Positions 9,924 through 19,272 of a stretch of 64,000 nucleotides of DNA are shown here, in pieces; the stretch's first letter is position 1, and each line of letters begins with the position of its first letter. The stretch lies in IMG/VR virus record IMGVR_UViG_3300028800_000001, positions 124,001-188,000 of that record. One strand, written 5' to 3'. Position numbers and translations under genes: made by a program. The notes below the pieces were generated by a model. It saw only the letters and a list, made by a program, of their open reading frames with translations. It was not told where the DNA came from and searched no databases.

Positions 9924-10847
9924 TTATAAAGCATAAACTTCCCGCTCTTCAGGCTTCGCAAAGCAAACCGTACGTAGTGGGCACTTAATGGCGCGGTCAC
10001 TCTTGCTATCGCTGCACACCAGGAGGCGTTCCGGCACCAACTTCTTTTTGCGATAAATCTTAATCAACTTCTTGACGTTATTCAATTTCAGAATATAGGG
10101 CTCTGCCATCTGCGGATCATACGTTCTCACCCACGTACGGAAGTGCTGATCTCCTTTATTCTCGATTAAGATGATGGCTTTTGAAATCCCCAACATATGC
10201 ATATAGAGATTTGCCTGGACTGCTGCTTTTTTAAACTCAGGATTTTCCATCGGATTAGCACGCTTGAGAATATCATCAAAGGTTGTCTTGCTATACCCCT
10301 TGATTTCCACCACATAGCGTTCAAACTCATTGTTTTTGTTGCGTGGCTTTGGAATACGAATAAGTGCATCAGGCGTAAACGACAAGCCCCACTCATCTAC
10401 ATAATGACTCTTTTCCACTTCGTCGGCAATACCAGAGATAGCCCCAAAGAGAAATTGCCACTTATCACGCAGTGAATGATCCTTGACTTGCTGTATCTCT
10501 GGCATAAGCAGCGGAAGCAATTCTTGTTCGTCACGCGCTATAAGTGCCTGTTCAAATTGTGCCTCAAGAGCACTGCGCTGTGCTTCATCGAGCTCCATCG
10601 TGAACAAATCTTGCCATTTTTCATGCGTAATCCAGCCATCTAAGAAAATGGCACATAGGTGCGCGGTATTCTCGGAAACTTCTCGCTTATAAAAGGTGCC
10701 AAAGACATGCTCTCTATAGCAGAAATCCAGATCATTGAGGATGGAGGAGGCATGTAAGCCTCCTCGCGGTCCTTCACGCGTATTCCACGTGACGAAGAGT
10801 TGCTCAAGCACGCGCTGAATGTAATCGTCTTCAGTGAGCGTGATCAT
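9924..10847 (-). CDS. PD-(D/E)XK Cas4/RecB-like exonuclease
   Basis: FTPDAL, VVEIKG, QANLYM; Cys residues at both ends (FC...C..C..C..C) suggest an Fe-S staple; adjacent to recA. Confidence 0.7.
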   Translation of the reverse strand: MITLTEDDYIQRVLEQLFVTWNTREGPRGGLHASSILNDLDFCYREHVFGTFYKREVSENTAHLCAIFLDGWITHEKWQDLFTMELDEAQRSALEAQFEQALIARDEQELLPLLMPEIQQVKDHSLRDKWQFLFGAISGIADEVEKSHYVDEWGLSFTPDALIRIPKPRNKNNEFERYVVEIKGYSKTTFDDILKRANPMENPEFKKAAVQANLYMHMLGISKAIILIENKGDQHFRTWVRTYDPQMAEPYILKLNNVKKLIKIYRKKKLVPERLLVCSDSKSDRAIKCPLRTVCFAKPEEREVYAL

Positions 10848-11917
10848 GCAACATCCTCCTCGCCCTCTTCTTCTCCGGCCACAACACGTTTACGTTTCTT
10901 ACGGAAGCCTGCGGCCTCACGCAAACTGTCAAGAATGTCAGGTACTTCTTCCGGTGTCACAAAGCCACGATCATAAATGAAGGGAAGGACAGCGCGCCCA
11001 CGCGGCTTGGATACCTTACTCTTCACAATACGGATAGCCGTGTATTGGCCGTATTCACCGATCTTGTCATCTTCTAACACGCCTTTGCGTCCGGTCTGGA
11101 TGCGCAAACTGGCAAAGTGTTTGAGTGCATGCCCACCTGGACTATCCAGTGGATTGCCAAACACCATACCAACCTTACTGCGCATCTGATTGACGATAAT
11201 AAAGATGGTACCAGAGTCAGCACAGGCCGCATTGATAATAGGAAGCTTTGAAGAGAGCAAGCGCGGTATAAGCGCCATACTATCAGACTTCTCAAAGTTC
11301 TCATTTTCAAGCACTGCTTTGGGTGTCATCGCCATCAAACTATCAAGAATGATGAGCGCGACCCCCGCCTTTGCCCACGTCCAGATCAGTTCAAGCGTAG
11401 CTTCCGCCGTATCAGGATTGGCAAGTACCAGATTTTTGCTATCGACCAAACCAAGCTCTTCTAACCGGTCTTCATCCAGCGTGCGTTCTGCGTCCACATA
11501 AAGGACTTGCGGCACGCGTGGGATGAGATGCGCCATAAGCGAAGACTTCCCAGTGGACTCTTCACCAAAGACCTCAATGATTTTACCGAGCGGCAACCCG
11601 CCACCAATGACGCTGTCCAGATCATCAATACCCGTTGGAATACGTGGCATCTCAATGTCTTCACGCTCTCCCAGGCGATAAATGCGCCCCTTCCCATACT
11701 TCTTCTTGCCTTGCAAAAGAAGCTCCTCAATCACATGCTCTTTGACTACTTTGAGCTTCACGGGAGCCGAAGCAATTTCTTTCTTCAGCATTTTCTCCAT
11801 TGGCGTGCCGTCTTCTTCCTCCTCAAGCAGCTCTTCGGTATCCTCGTAGCTCATCTCCAACATGGAAGCGGTCTTTGCGGTTTCCACATCAAGCTTCTTT
11901 GGCATTTTTCTTCTCAC
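10844..11917 (-). CDS. recA: RecA recombinase (phage-encoded)
   Basis: IPTG..DLD..IGGGLPLGKIIEVFGEESTGKS (Walker A), IILDS (Walker B), VNQMRSKVG, PGGHALKHFAS, KSKVSKP. Confidence 0.95.
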   Translation of the reverse strand: MRRKMPKKLDVETAKTASMLEMSYEDTEELLEEEEDGTPMEKMLKKEIASAPVKLKVVKEHVIEELLLQGKKKYGKGRIYRLGEREDIEMPRIPTGIDDLDSVIGGGLPLGKIIEVFGEESTGKSSLMAHLIPRVPQVLYVDAERTLDEDRLEELGLVDSKNLVLANPDTAEATLELIWTWAKAGVALIILDSLMAMTPKAVLENENFEKSDSMALIPRLLSSKLPIINAACADSGTIFIIVNQMRSKVGMVFGNPLDSPGGHALKHFASLRIQTGRKGVLEDDKIGEYGQYTAIRIVKSKVSKPRGRAVLPFIYDRGFVTPEEVPDILDSLREAAGFRKKRKRVVAGEEEGEEDVA

Positions 11918-12212
11918 TTTCTAATGCGTGCGCCGCCGCGTCTTCTCCGTAAATTGCATCGTATTCAGAGGTATCAAAAGCACCATCCACGATACGCAAA
12001 CGGAGCGTTATTGCGCCATCAAGCGCAGGGATGTAGCTGTCCTTCGTCTCCTCGACTGTCCAGCGCGCCCAATTGCGGATATAGTCATCCTCTATCGTTT
12101 CGCCATCATAGGACGAGGCCGCATGCTTTGTGAGCAAAAACAATTGCTCCACCAGTTCACTCTTTTTCATGACATACCTCCGCTTTCTCGTAGCATGGTT
12201 CGCTACATACAA
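11889..12212 (-). CDS. hypothetical protein
   Basis: ORF in operon; likely start MKKSELV. Confidence 0.5.
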   Translation of the reverse strand: MYVANHATRKRRYVMKKSELVEQLFLLTKHAASSYDGETIEDDYIRNWARWTVEETKDSYIPALDGAITLRLRIVDGAFDTSEYDAIYGEDAAAHALESEKKNAKEA

Positions 12213-12369
12213 ATTCCCCTAATTGATAGGAATAGATCCATCCATTGAGATTGTCATCCGCGCATTCTTTACAGACGGCGCACTGCGACGGTTTCCAGAT
12301 CTGTTGACATGCGGCCCTGTAGCGTCGGTACGCCGTAATGTCAACAATATTGCTTATTACTGTGCCCAT
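12157..12369 (-). CDS. small Cys-rich hypothetical protein
   Basis: CAVCKEC...CSEPC; overlaps the dnaE stop. Confidence 0.45.
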   Translation of the reverse strand: MGTVISNIVDITAYRRYRAACQQIWKPSQCAVCKECADDNLNGWIYSYQLGEFVCSEPCYEKAEVCHEKE

Positions 12370-15170
12370 GAGTATTCTTCATCCTCTGCTTTTAGTTTAA
12401 AGCCATGCTTGAGTAACACACGAGAATTGCGCACCGAAAGGTTGAAATGTTCCTCTTCATCAAAGATCAGCGCCCCTACAGCCTCCATCTCACGCTGAAT
12501 ACCAACGTGCACATTTCTCGTCGTGCCCATCTTCTCGCGTATCTTCTCAAGCATGTCATCCTTACTGATAAAAATTCCCTCTCCACGTGCGCGTTCAATC
12601 ACATTCGCACAAGTCAGTCCAACTTTATTAATGGTGGTCAGACCGCGCTGAATGCAAGGTTCGCCTCCCAGGTAGGTAACGCGGTAGTTGGCACTCCCAT
12701 TCACATGTGGGAGTAAGATCACCTGTCCTTTGCGTACCGCCTCTTGCTCAAAAAGCAAACGGTTATTTTTATCCTTTTCATGTCGCAGTAAACACGTATA
12801 GAACTCAAGCGGATAATAGATTTTGAGCCACATCGTGTAGACTGCAAGTAAGCTGTAGGCTGCGCAATGCCCTTTATTAAAAGAGTATAGCGCCATCTTA
12901 TCGATGATCTTTTCCGCCTCTTTCGCAGTGATGCCACCATGCGTTACCGCGCCGTCAATAAAATCCTTCTTCATCTCTGGCGTGATCTGTCCTTTTTTGG
13001 CTTGCTTAATCAATTTATCTGCCGTGATGCGATCCAGATGTGCCAGCCCTAGCGCAATCGCGAGCTTCTGTTCTTCGTAGATCATGGCCCCGTAGGTATC
13101 CTGACAATATTTATAGGTTGGAGACTTTGTATTGCCCTTCCCCTTTTTGCCTGCCAGGAAGTCATCGAGCGCAGACCCAGGACGCACGAGCGTATTGCAC
13201 GCGACAATCTCACCGAAGTTTTGCGGTTGGACTTTAATCAAACAGCGCTTCATCGTTGGTGAACCAAACTGAAAGATGCCATTGGTGTCCAGGTTGCGAA
13301 ACCCTTGATAGATCTTCGAATCGTCAAGAATGTCGTAGCTAAAACTACAGCCGGTCATCGCCTCAATATCTGCCAGCACATCGTAGGTTTTGAGTCCCAG
13401 GATATCGAGCTTGAGTATCCCTGCACTATCCAGCGCTTTCATGTCGTAAGAGGTTACCAGGACGGTTTTCTCTTTCTTTGGCAACTTCTTTTTTGTCATC
13501 TTCACCTTGCCTGTCTTGGTGACCGTCTCCACCATTTCAAACTCATCTTCCTCCTCTACATCTTCTTCTTTCGTTTTTCGGTCTTTTACCGGCATCAACG
13601 GAACGTACTGCTCAATTGGCCCTGGCGTAATAGCAATGCCGGAAGGATGACGCCCACGAGTAGCCGCTTGCCCATTGAGTAAGCAAAAATGCTCTAGAAA
13701 CGTTGGATATTGCACATCAAATTCTGTGAAGAAAACACCAGCACGCGCATGATTCTTGAGTTCTTGGATTGTGAATTTGTGTTCTTCATAGTCCACTAGC
13801 TCCAATTGATATTTGAGTTTCGCGACATCCTCTTTCGAGATAAACCCTTCACCCATTGCCCTGACCAAATCATTGACGAGATTTTTTAGCTGATAATAGA
13901 TCGTTGTTGATATTGGTGCGCAGCGCCCCGCATACAGCGCTTCAATATGCTCAATGACCTCGCCGCGCCTCGTTGCCATGAAGTCTGAGTCCACATCAGG
14001 AATCTGCTTCTTATGAATATGCAGAAAGCGATCAAAAGACGTACCAAGTTTAATCGGATCAACATTGGTAAGATTGATCGCGTAGGCGAGCAGTGACCCA
14101 CAGACACTTCCACGTCCATAGCCGACTTTAATACCCTGCCCACGTGCCCAGTTAATCATCTCCCAACACATCAAGAAGTAGTCCTCAAAGTGCAAATGTT
14201 TAATGACTTTTATTTCATAGCGCATTTGCTCCAGGTACTCTTCTTTCCAGAGCCCCTTTTCAAGCAGTCCTTCTTTGGCAACCTCTGCGAGCTTTGTCGA
14301 GCTTTTTGTGCCCCAATCCAGCGTTGGTAGCAAATCGCCAAACTCCAGACTGGTCGTAGCACGTGCCACAATGCGCGCCGTCTCTTCAATGTACTCACTG
14401 CCATCAAAGCCCATCTGATCCTCAAACGCCTGCGCCATCTCATCAGCGCTATGCATATACAGATTGCTATAATCCGCCTGCATTTGCTGATTGCCCTTCT
14501 TGAGCCCCCACATCTTTTCATAGGTGTCGTATTGCTCAGGGCTCACATAGTGCGCGTCACAGGTGAGTACCGGTTTGATATTGTAGCGCCCCGCCAAGTC
14601 GAGTAGCTCAGAGTTCATACGATACTGGATGTCTTGACCATCCTCAATGACCGGAAACGGCATCAGTTCTGCGTAAAAGCGATCCCCATAAAGCTGTTGA
14701 AAAAATTCCAGCGCGGCTCTAGCGCGCTTTTTCTTTCCTTGTAGGAGCATATTAGGAATATACCCCTGAATACACCCTGAGAGCACCGCCACACCTTCAC
14801 TATGCTTGTTCAGCATCTCAACCGTATAGGTTGGGTACAAAACATTGGTACAGGTCTTTGCAGCCCAGGTCACCAGATGCGAGATATTTTCATAGCCTTT
14901 TCGATCAAGCGCAAGCATCGTCATATGGAAGCGCTCTGCCTTACTATCGAACGTTGGCTGAAAATATGCCTCAACACCAAGCACGACTGGCAAATTATAT
15001 TCTTTTCCGGCAAGCGCGGTCTCAACCCATCCGGCAACAGTACCATGATCAGTAATTGCGTAGCCCACATGCCCTAGCTTCTTCGCACGTGCAACGTGGG
15101 CTTTGGGTGCCTGAAAACCGTCATAGAGAGAATTGGCCGTATGATTATGTAAATCAGCATACTGTAGCAT
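12357..15170 (-). CDS. dnaE: DNA polymerase III alpha subunit (phage C-family polymerase)
   Basis: PHP domain (LHNHT..S.YDG, AITDHG, DAHY), GRGSVCGSL, PDVDSDF catalytic motif, GRHPSGI, KLDILGL, YSFNKGH. Confidence 0.95.
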   Translation of the reverse strand: MLQYADLHNHTANSLYDGFQAPKAHVARAKKLGHVGYAITDHGTVAGWVETALAGKEYNLPVVLGVEAYFQPTFDSKAERFHMTMLALDRKGYENISHLVTWAAKTCTNVLYPTYTVEMLNKHSEGVAVLSGCIQGYIPNMLLQGKKKRARAALEFFQQLYGDRFYAELMPFPVIEDGQDIQYRMNSELLDLAGRYNIKPVLTCDAHYVSPEQYDTYEKMWGLKKGNQQMQADYSNLYMHSADEMAQAFEDQMGFDGSEYIEETARIVARATTSLEFGDLLPTLDWGTKSSTKLAEVAKEGLLEKGLWKEEYLEQMRYEIKVIKHLHFEDYFLMCWEMINWARGQGIKVGYGRGSVCGSLLAYAINLTNVDPIKLGTSFDRFLHIHKKQIPDVDSDFMATRRGEVIEHIEALYAGRCAPISTTIYYQLKNLVNDLVRAMGEGFISKEDVAKLKYQLELVDYEEHKFTIQELKNHARAGVFFTEFDVQYPTFLEHFCLLNGQAATRGRHPSGIAITPGPIEQYVPLMPVKDRKTKEEDVEEEDEFEMVETVTKTGKVKMTKKKLPKKEKTVLVTSYDMKALDSAGILKLDILGLKTYDVLADIEAMTGCSFSYDILDDSKIYQGFRNLDTNGIFQFGSPTMKRCLIKVQPQNFGEIVACNTLVRPGSALDDFLAGKKGKGNTKSPTYKYCQDTYGAMIYEEQKLAIALGLAHLDRITADKLIKQAKKGQITPEMKKDFIDGAVTHGGITAKEAEKIIDKMALYSFNKGHCAAYSLLAVYTMWLKIYYPLEFYTCLLRHEKDKNNRLLFEQEAVRKGQVILLPHVNGSANYRVTYLGGEPCIQRGLTTINKVGLTCANVIERARGEGIFISKDDMLEKIREKMGTTRNVHVGIQREMEAVGALIFDEEEHFNLSVRNSRVLLKHGFKLKAEDEEYSWAQ

Positions 15171-15173
15171 ACT

Positions 15174-15446
15174 TTACCTCTTTAAGAAACGATCAAAATG
15201 GGCGTCTCCCTGACGCGTCCAAGAAGTGACAATGTCCTTCATGCGCCAGGACTGCGGATTTGGTTCCGTAAGATTTGCGTAGAGGTTCTTTACATCATCT
15301 AAAAACAGGTGTGCGTGTTCCACCCCACATGCACAAAAATCCAAGTGCGGCACACGGGTGTGTACGTCTTCTGCGCGAAAGATTTTCTCTGACTTCGCGC
15401 CACACCAGTAACAGTTTCGTAGTGGATCAATAACAGAAAGATGCAT
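15174..15446 (-). CDS. hypothetical protein
   Basis: 90-aa ORF with a CYWC motif, between dam and dnaE. Confidence 0.5.
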   Translation of the reverse strand: MHLSVIDPLRNCYWCGAKSEKIFRAEDVHTRVPHLDFCACGVEHAHLFLDDVKNLYANLTEPNPQSWRMKDIVTSWTRQGDAHFDRFLKR

Positions 15447-15448
15447 AA

Positions 15449-16507
15449 TTATTTCACCTTATAATTTGCTATTAAGACATGCTCCGTTTTGCGATCATTG
15501 CGGCCCTGGAAATTCACCAGATAATTCTTCGCAAAACTGTAAAGCGTGAGACCATCATAGAGCTTCGCAATTGCTGGCGTGTTCTTGGCAATAAGTAAGA
15601 ACTTCGCCTTGCACTGATTTTTCAGATAGTGCGCCAAACGTTCTTGATCGTCCATCGTGAAGCTGCGCTGCGAATAGGTACTAAACGTCGTATCGTAAGG
15701 CGGATCAAGAAACACAAAATCCTGTGCAGTTGGCGGATACGCCTCCAAGAATGTTTGAAAGTCCATACAGGCCAGGGTTGTCTTTGCAAGTTTGCGCTGA
15801 AGCGTTGGCGCACTAAAACCGCGCATCTTTGCGCTAAGCGATTTCTTGTTGTAACTGATCCCCCCATAGGGCACATTCAAATGTCCTTGCCGATTGTAGC
15901 GAAACATGGAAGCATACGCGTACTCACGAACAAAAAAGAAGAGCGCTGCGTGAGCCCCCTTGTTTGGTGCGCGGTGTGTGTTATACAGGTAACGTGCGTG
16001 CATATAATATGTGCTTTTGAGTGCGCTCTCCAGGTTCGCAAGCGTATCTTCAACACTCAATTTCCCTCGTTCTTGCTCAAGCCTGCGCATACGTACCATC
16101 TTCCCTTTGAGATTGCGCAACACTTCCGGTATCACCCGCTCGTCTGGCAAGAAAAAGTAATCAACCAGCACTTTGCCGTAAACCTCCAAGAAAGAGGAAC
16201 TTTCATTGTGCTGGTACAGCGCCAAGAGTGCGTTGCGTTCTGCCTCTACAAAATGACTAAGTGCCTGCCATCCCCGTATAAGTTGCAACAGCGAAACCTG
16301 GAAACTAACATCGTTCTTGCGTACCACCTCATAGAGTGTCATTAACTCCTTTGAAGCATCATTGATATAACTGCGCTCAGACTCCAGCGCAAGGTACACC
16401 GCCCCTCCACCTACAAACGGCTCATAATAGTTTTCAAACTCAGGGACCAGTGGAAGAATATGTTTGATTTCTCGCTCTTTTCCGCCAGCCCATTTCATGA
16501 GTGCCAT
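15449..16507 (-). CDS. dam: DNA adenine methyltransferase (Dam/D12 class)
   Basis: KWAGGK, YYEPFVGGGAV, FRYNRQG..NVPYG, FVFLDPPY; no adjacent restriction endonuclease. Confidence 0.88.
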   Translation of the reverse strand: MALMKWAGGKEREIKHILPLVPEFENYYEPFVGGGAVYLALESERSYINDASKELMTLYEVVRKNDVSFQVSLLQLIRGWQALSHFVEAERNALLALYQHNESSSFLEVYGKVLVDYFFLPDERVIPEVLRNLKGKMVRMRRLEQERGKLSVEDTLANLESALKSTYYMHARYLYNTHRAPNKGAHAALFFFVREYAYASMFRYNRQGHLNVPYGGISYNKKSLSAKMRGFSAPTLQRKLAKTTLACMDFQTFLEAYPPTAQDFVFLDPPYDTTFSTYSQRSFTMDDQERLAHYLKNQCKAKFLLIAKNTPAIAKLYDGLTLYSFAKNYLVNFQGRNDRKTEHVLIANYKVK

Positions 16508-16615
16508 AGCCGCCCCCTTTCATACAATAGAATTAATTAATTTTTATTTATTCTCAGAAAAATTGTGTGAAAAAATAATTAATTGCTCCCTGGCAGGTGT
16601 GAGCCTGCCAAGAAA

Positions 16616-17038
16616 CTATTTCCCGCGTACAACAGGAATGCCTTTTTTCTTTGCCTTACGAATGTCATCTGCGGTGCCTGCCGTAGGACTCACCCAGAAG
16701 TACACCAGCGCGTCTGCCTGATCAACGATATATTGATTGCGGCGAAATCCAGCGCCCCTGTCATACGTTCTTTTGCCATTTGGCAGCGTCTTCGCGTTCC
16801 AATCAGCCGGAAACACCATCCAGTGCATCCCCTGAAGTTCGGCTTCATAGATTGCCGTCTTATCCACTCTCCCACCATCTCCTGAGACAATCAGCGTCTC
16901 AGGAGAGCAGATGGCCGCAAGGCGTTGTACAAAGCGGCGCACCCGACCTGGATAAGGATACTCACGCGATCCCACAATGGCGATGCTTTTATGCTGTGCC
17001 CAGGCGAAAGGTTTCGACATCGTCGTCGTCCTCATCAT
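16616..17038 (-). CDS. SLOG-fold protein (DUF2493/YspA/DprA-like)
   Basis: IAIVGSRE, IVSG, FPADW, AGFRRNQYIVD, GTADDI..A...GIPV. Confidence 0.75.
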   Translation of the reverse strand: MMRTTTMSKPFAWAQHKSIAIVGSREYPYPGRVRRFVQRLAAICSPETLIVSGDGGRVDKTAIYEAELQGMHWMVFPADWNAKTLPNGKRTYDRGAGFRRNQYIVDQADALVYFWVSPTAGTADDIRKAKKKGIPVVRGK

Positions 17039-18008
17039 CTTCTTGCTTTGGAGCTTTTGCCGTCTGAAGCTTTTGCACCTTCATTTTCGAGACAGGAGTT
17101 GCAACAGGTTTTACTTCGATTTCTTCTTCATCGTCTTCCTGCTCAACCACTGGAGCTTTCTTGGTGACCAGTTTACGTGGCTTCTCCTCTACCACTTCTT
17201 CCTCATCATCCTCTTCCTGTTTGGGAGCAGACTTGCCAACTTTTACGGTCTTGGCCTCTTTGAGTTTGCTGAAGACCTCTTTACGCTCCACTTCAGGATC
17301 AACCTTTGGTGCTGCTTTTTTCTTTGGAGGAGTAGCGACCACTTCGTCTTCATCCTCATCTTCGTCTTCTTCTGCCTCCTGCTCCTCGCGGATCATGCGC
17401 GCCAATTCTGAATCATAGAAGCTGGCAACAGCCATTTTGATTTGCTCGTCGGTTGGCGGCTGCACATCCTCTGGCAAATCAACCGCGCTGCCTTTCAAAC
17501 GCAGATCGTACTTCGTATCAGCGCCTTCGGCAGTATTGCGCTTGTACAGGTATTTGCCCTCTGTGAGGTCAACACCCTCGCTCATAAAACCGTCGTAAAG
17601 CATGTCCCACGGGTGATTGCTTGCGCGCTTCACGTTCATCACACGTGAGCCAACATTGGGGTATTTGTCATCAGGATCAGGATTCTGGTCAGGGAAGCAG
17701 TACACCCCGAAAAAGTACTGCGGTTTCTGTTTCTCCGCAGAACGGTACTGCTCAGGGTGATCACAACCGTGGCAGGTATAACCGAAGAAATGTCGGCAAG
17801 GACCGCTTTTCTTGAAGTCGGTCAGGTGATCATGCCAGGGAATTTCCATCCCCTTATCAAAGTCATAATAGAATTGGACTCGTACCGACTTCCCCTTTTT
17901 GAGTGTCAACATACGTACCGAGCCAAATGAGCGCTCTTTATTCTTGCGCTCCACTTCACGGGCTTCACGATCCAGGTCAAGTTTGACTTTCTTTACGTCA
18001 ATAGGCAT
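16989..18008 (-). CDS. single-stranded DNA-binding protein (gp32-like) with long acidic C-terminal tail
   Basis: LTLKKGKSVRVQF, H...C....C..C zinc cluster, EEDED-rich tail; located among replication genes. Confidence 0.65.
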   Translation of the reverse strand: MPIDVKKVKLDLDREAREVERKNKERSFGSVRMLTLKKGKSVRVQFYYDFDKGMEIPWHDHLTDFKKSGPCRHFFGYTCHGCDHPEQYRSAEKQKPQYFFGVYCFPDQNPDPDDKYPNVGSRVMNVKRASNHPWDMLYDGFMSEGVDLTEGKYLYKRNTAEGADTKYDLRLKGSAVDLPEDVQPPTDEQIKMAVASFYDSELARMIREEQEAEEDEDEDEDEVVATPPKKKAAPKVDPEVERKEVFSKLKEAKTVKVGKSAPKQEEDDEEEVVEEKPRKLVTKKAPVVEQEDDEEEIEVKPVATPVSKMKVQKLQTAKAPKQEDDEDDDDVETFRLGTA

Positions 18009-18137
18009 TGTCTAAAATTCTCACTTTCATTTTTGTAGAGGTACTGATGATCCTACTTAAAACGAGGGATTCTTTTGACCTCATTGAATGAAGCATTTTA
18101 CAAGCTTCATTAACTATATTCTTTGTTTTTTCAGAAC

Positions 18138-19067
18138 TTATAAAACTTTTTGTACGAGATTTTTGTTTTCTTGAAAAATTGTTGCGCGCCATCCAAGAAG
18201 GAATTCTTTGCGCGACAAATCACACACATCTTTCTTTCCTGGGGGAAATGGTAAACGGACAACCGGTACTCCATATGGCCGCATTACAGCGCACAGATAT
18301 TCGTAGCCGCGTTCCCCTTTCTCATCATTATCCAGGCCACAGACAACGGTCGTTGCTACTGCTGCCAGTTTACGCGCCTGGACATCACTGATCTTCCAAT
18401 TTAAGAGCGCGGTCGCATTGGTGACGCCATACTGAACAGCTTTCATACGATCCAGTATGCCCTCAACCACCAACACGCGGTCTGGCACTAAATTACCAAT
18501 GAGTATTTCAGAGCGCGGATAGCCACGATTATTGAGATACTTGCGACTCTTGACCTGATCGATGCGCCGCGTGACGTACCCATAAAACACGCCCTGTTCT
18601 ACCAGGGGAATGACCAAAGCATAGATGGAATTGGCGTTATACTTCACGCCGCACTGCGTAAGCGTCTGGCTGGTAAATCCACGTTCATAGAGATACGAGG
18701 AAGCAATCTTGAGCCAATCAATCGCGGGTAAACTCTTGTAGAATGTGAATGCTTTTTCACGCGCTGCTTGATACGATTCTCGCTCCTGTGGCACCACCCG
18801 CAAATGTGACGCCGCATCAGGAGAACGCAGGATCTTTGCAATCTTGCGTATGGCCTGCATATCACTGCTATATCCTTCTAAAGAGCGTACCAGATCGATA
18901 CAATCGCCACTTGCTTCGCAACTGAAACAATAAAAAACATTCTTTTGCGTGTTGAAACTAAGACTTGGCGTTTGTTCGCCGTGAAATGGGCAGCAAAAGG
19001 TGACTTCATCGCCGCCATATCCATCAGAAAGCAGATCATAATACGCCAGGATAGCACGTGTGTTCAT
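18138..19067 (-). CDS. DNA primase (CHC2 zinc finger + Toprim)
   Basis: CPFHGEQTPS..FYCFSC, VVEGILD, LDNDEKG. Confidence 0.85.
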   Translation of the reverse strand: MNTRAILAYYDLLSDGYGGDEVTFCCPFHGEQTPSLSFNTQKNVFYCFSCEASGDCIDLVRSLEGYSSDMQAIRKIAKILRSPDAASHLRVVPQERESYQAAREKAFTFYKSLPAIDWLKIASSYLYERGFTSQTLTQCGVKYNANSIYALVIPLVEQGVFYGYVTRRIDQVKSRKYLNNRGYPRSEILIGNLVPDRVLVVEGILDRMKAVQYGVTNATALLNWKISDVQARKLAAVATTVVCGLDNDEKGERGYEYLCAVMRPYGVPVVRLPFPPGKKDVCDLSRKEFLLGWRATIFQENKNLVQKVL

Positions 19068-19272
19068 CTCTTTTTTCTCCTTTCATTTACCATATTGCCA
19101 ATTTGCTTTCATTTTATAAGATTTTGCCTATGAGTTTTTCTTCTGAAAACTCATCGAAGATTTTTTATAAATGTCTGATTTTTTGACAATATAGCTTATG
19201 TAAGCGCAAAAAAAGAAAAAGGTATATATACTATAGAAGATATAGAGTTATTACTACTACTTCTAAGGACTT

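Noticed and set aside
9924-10847. Cas4-like gene as evidence of a CRISPR-Cas system
   Set aside because: No cas1/cas2 and no repeat-spacer array in the window; its position beside recA fits a phage exonuclease.
12357-15170. Intein in DnaE (or RecA)
   Set aside because: No large insertion with C/S...HN-C/S/T ends; lengths are normal for phage enzymes.
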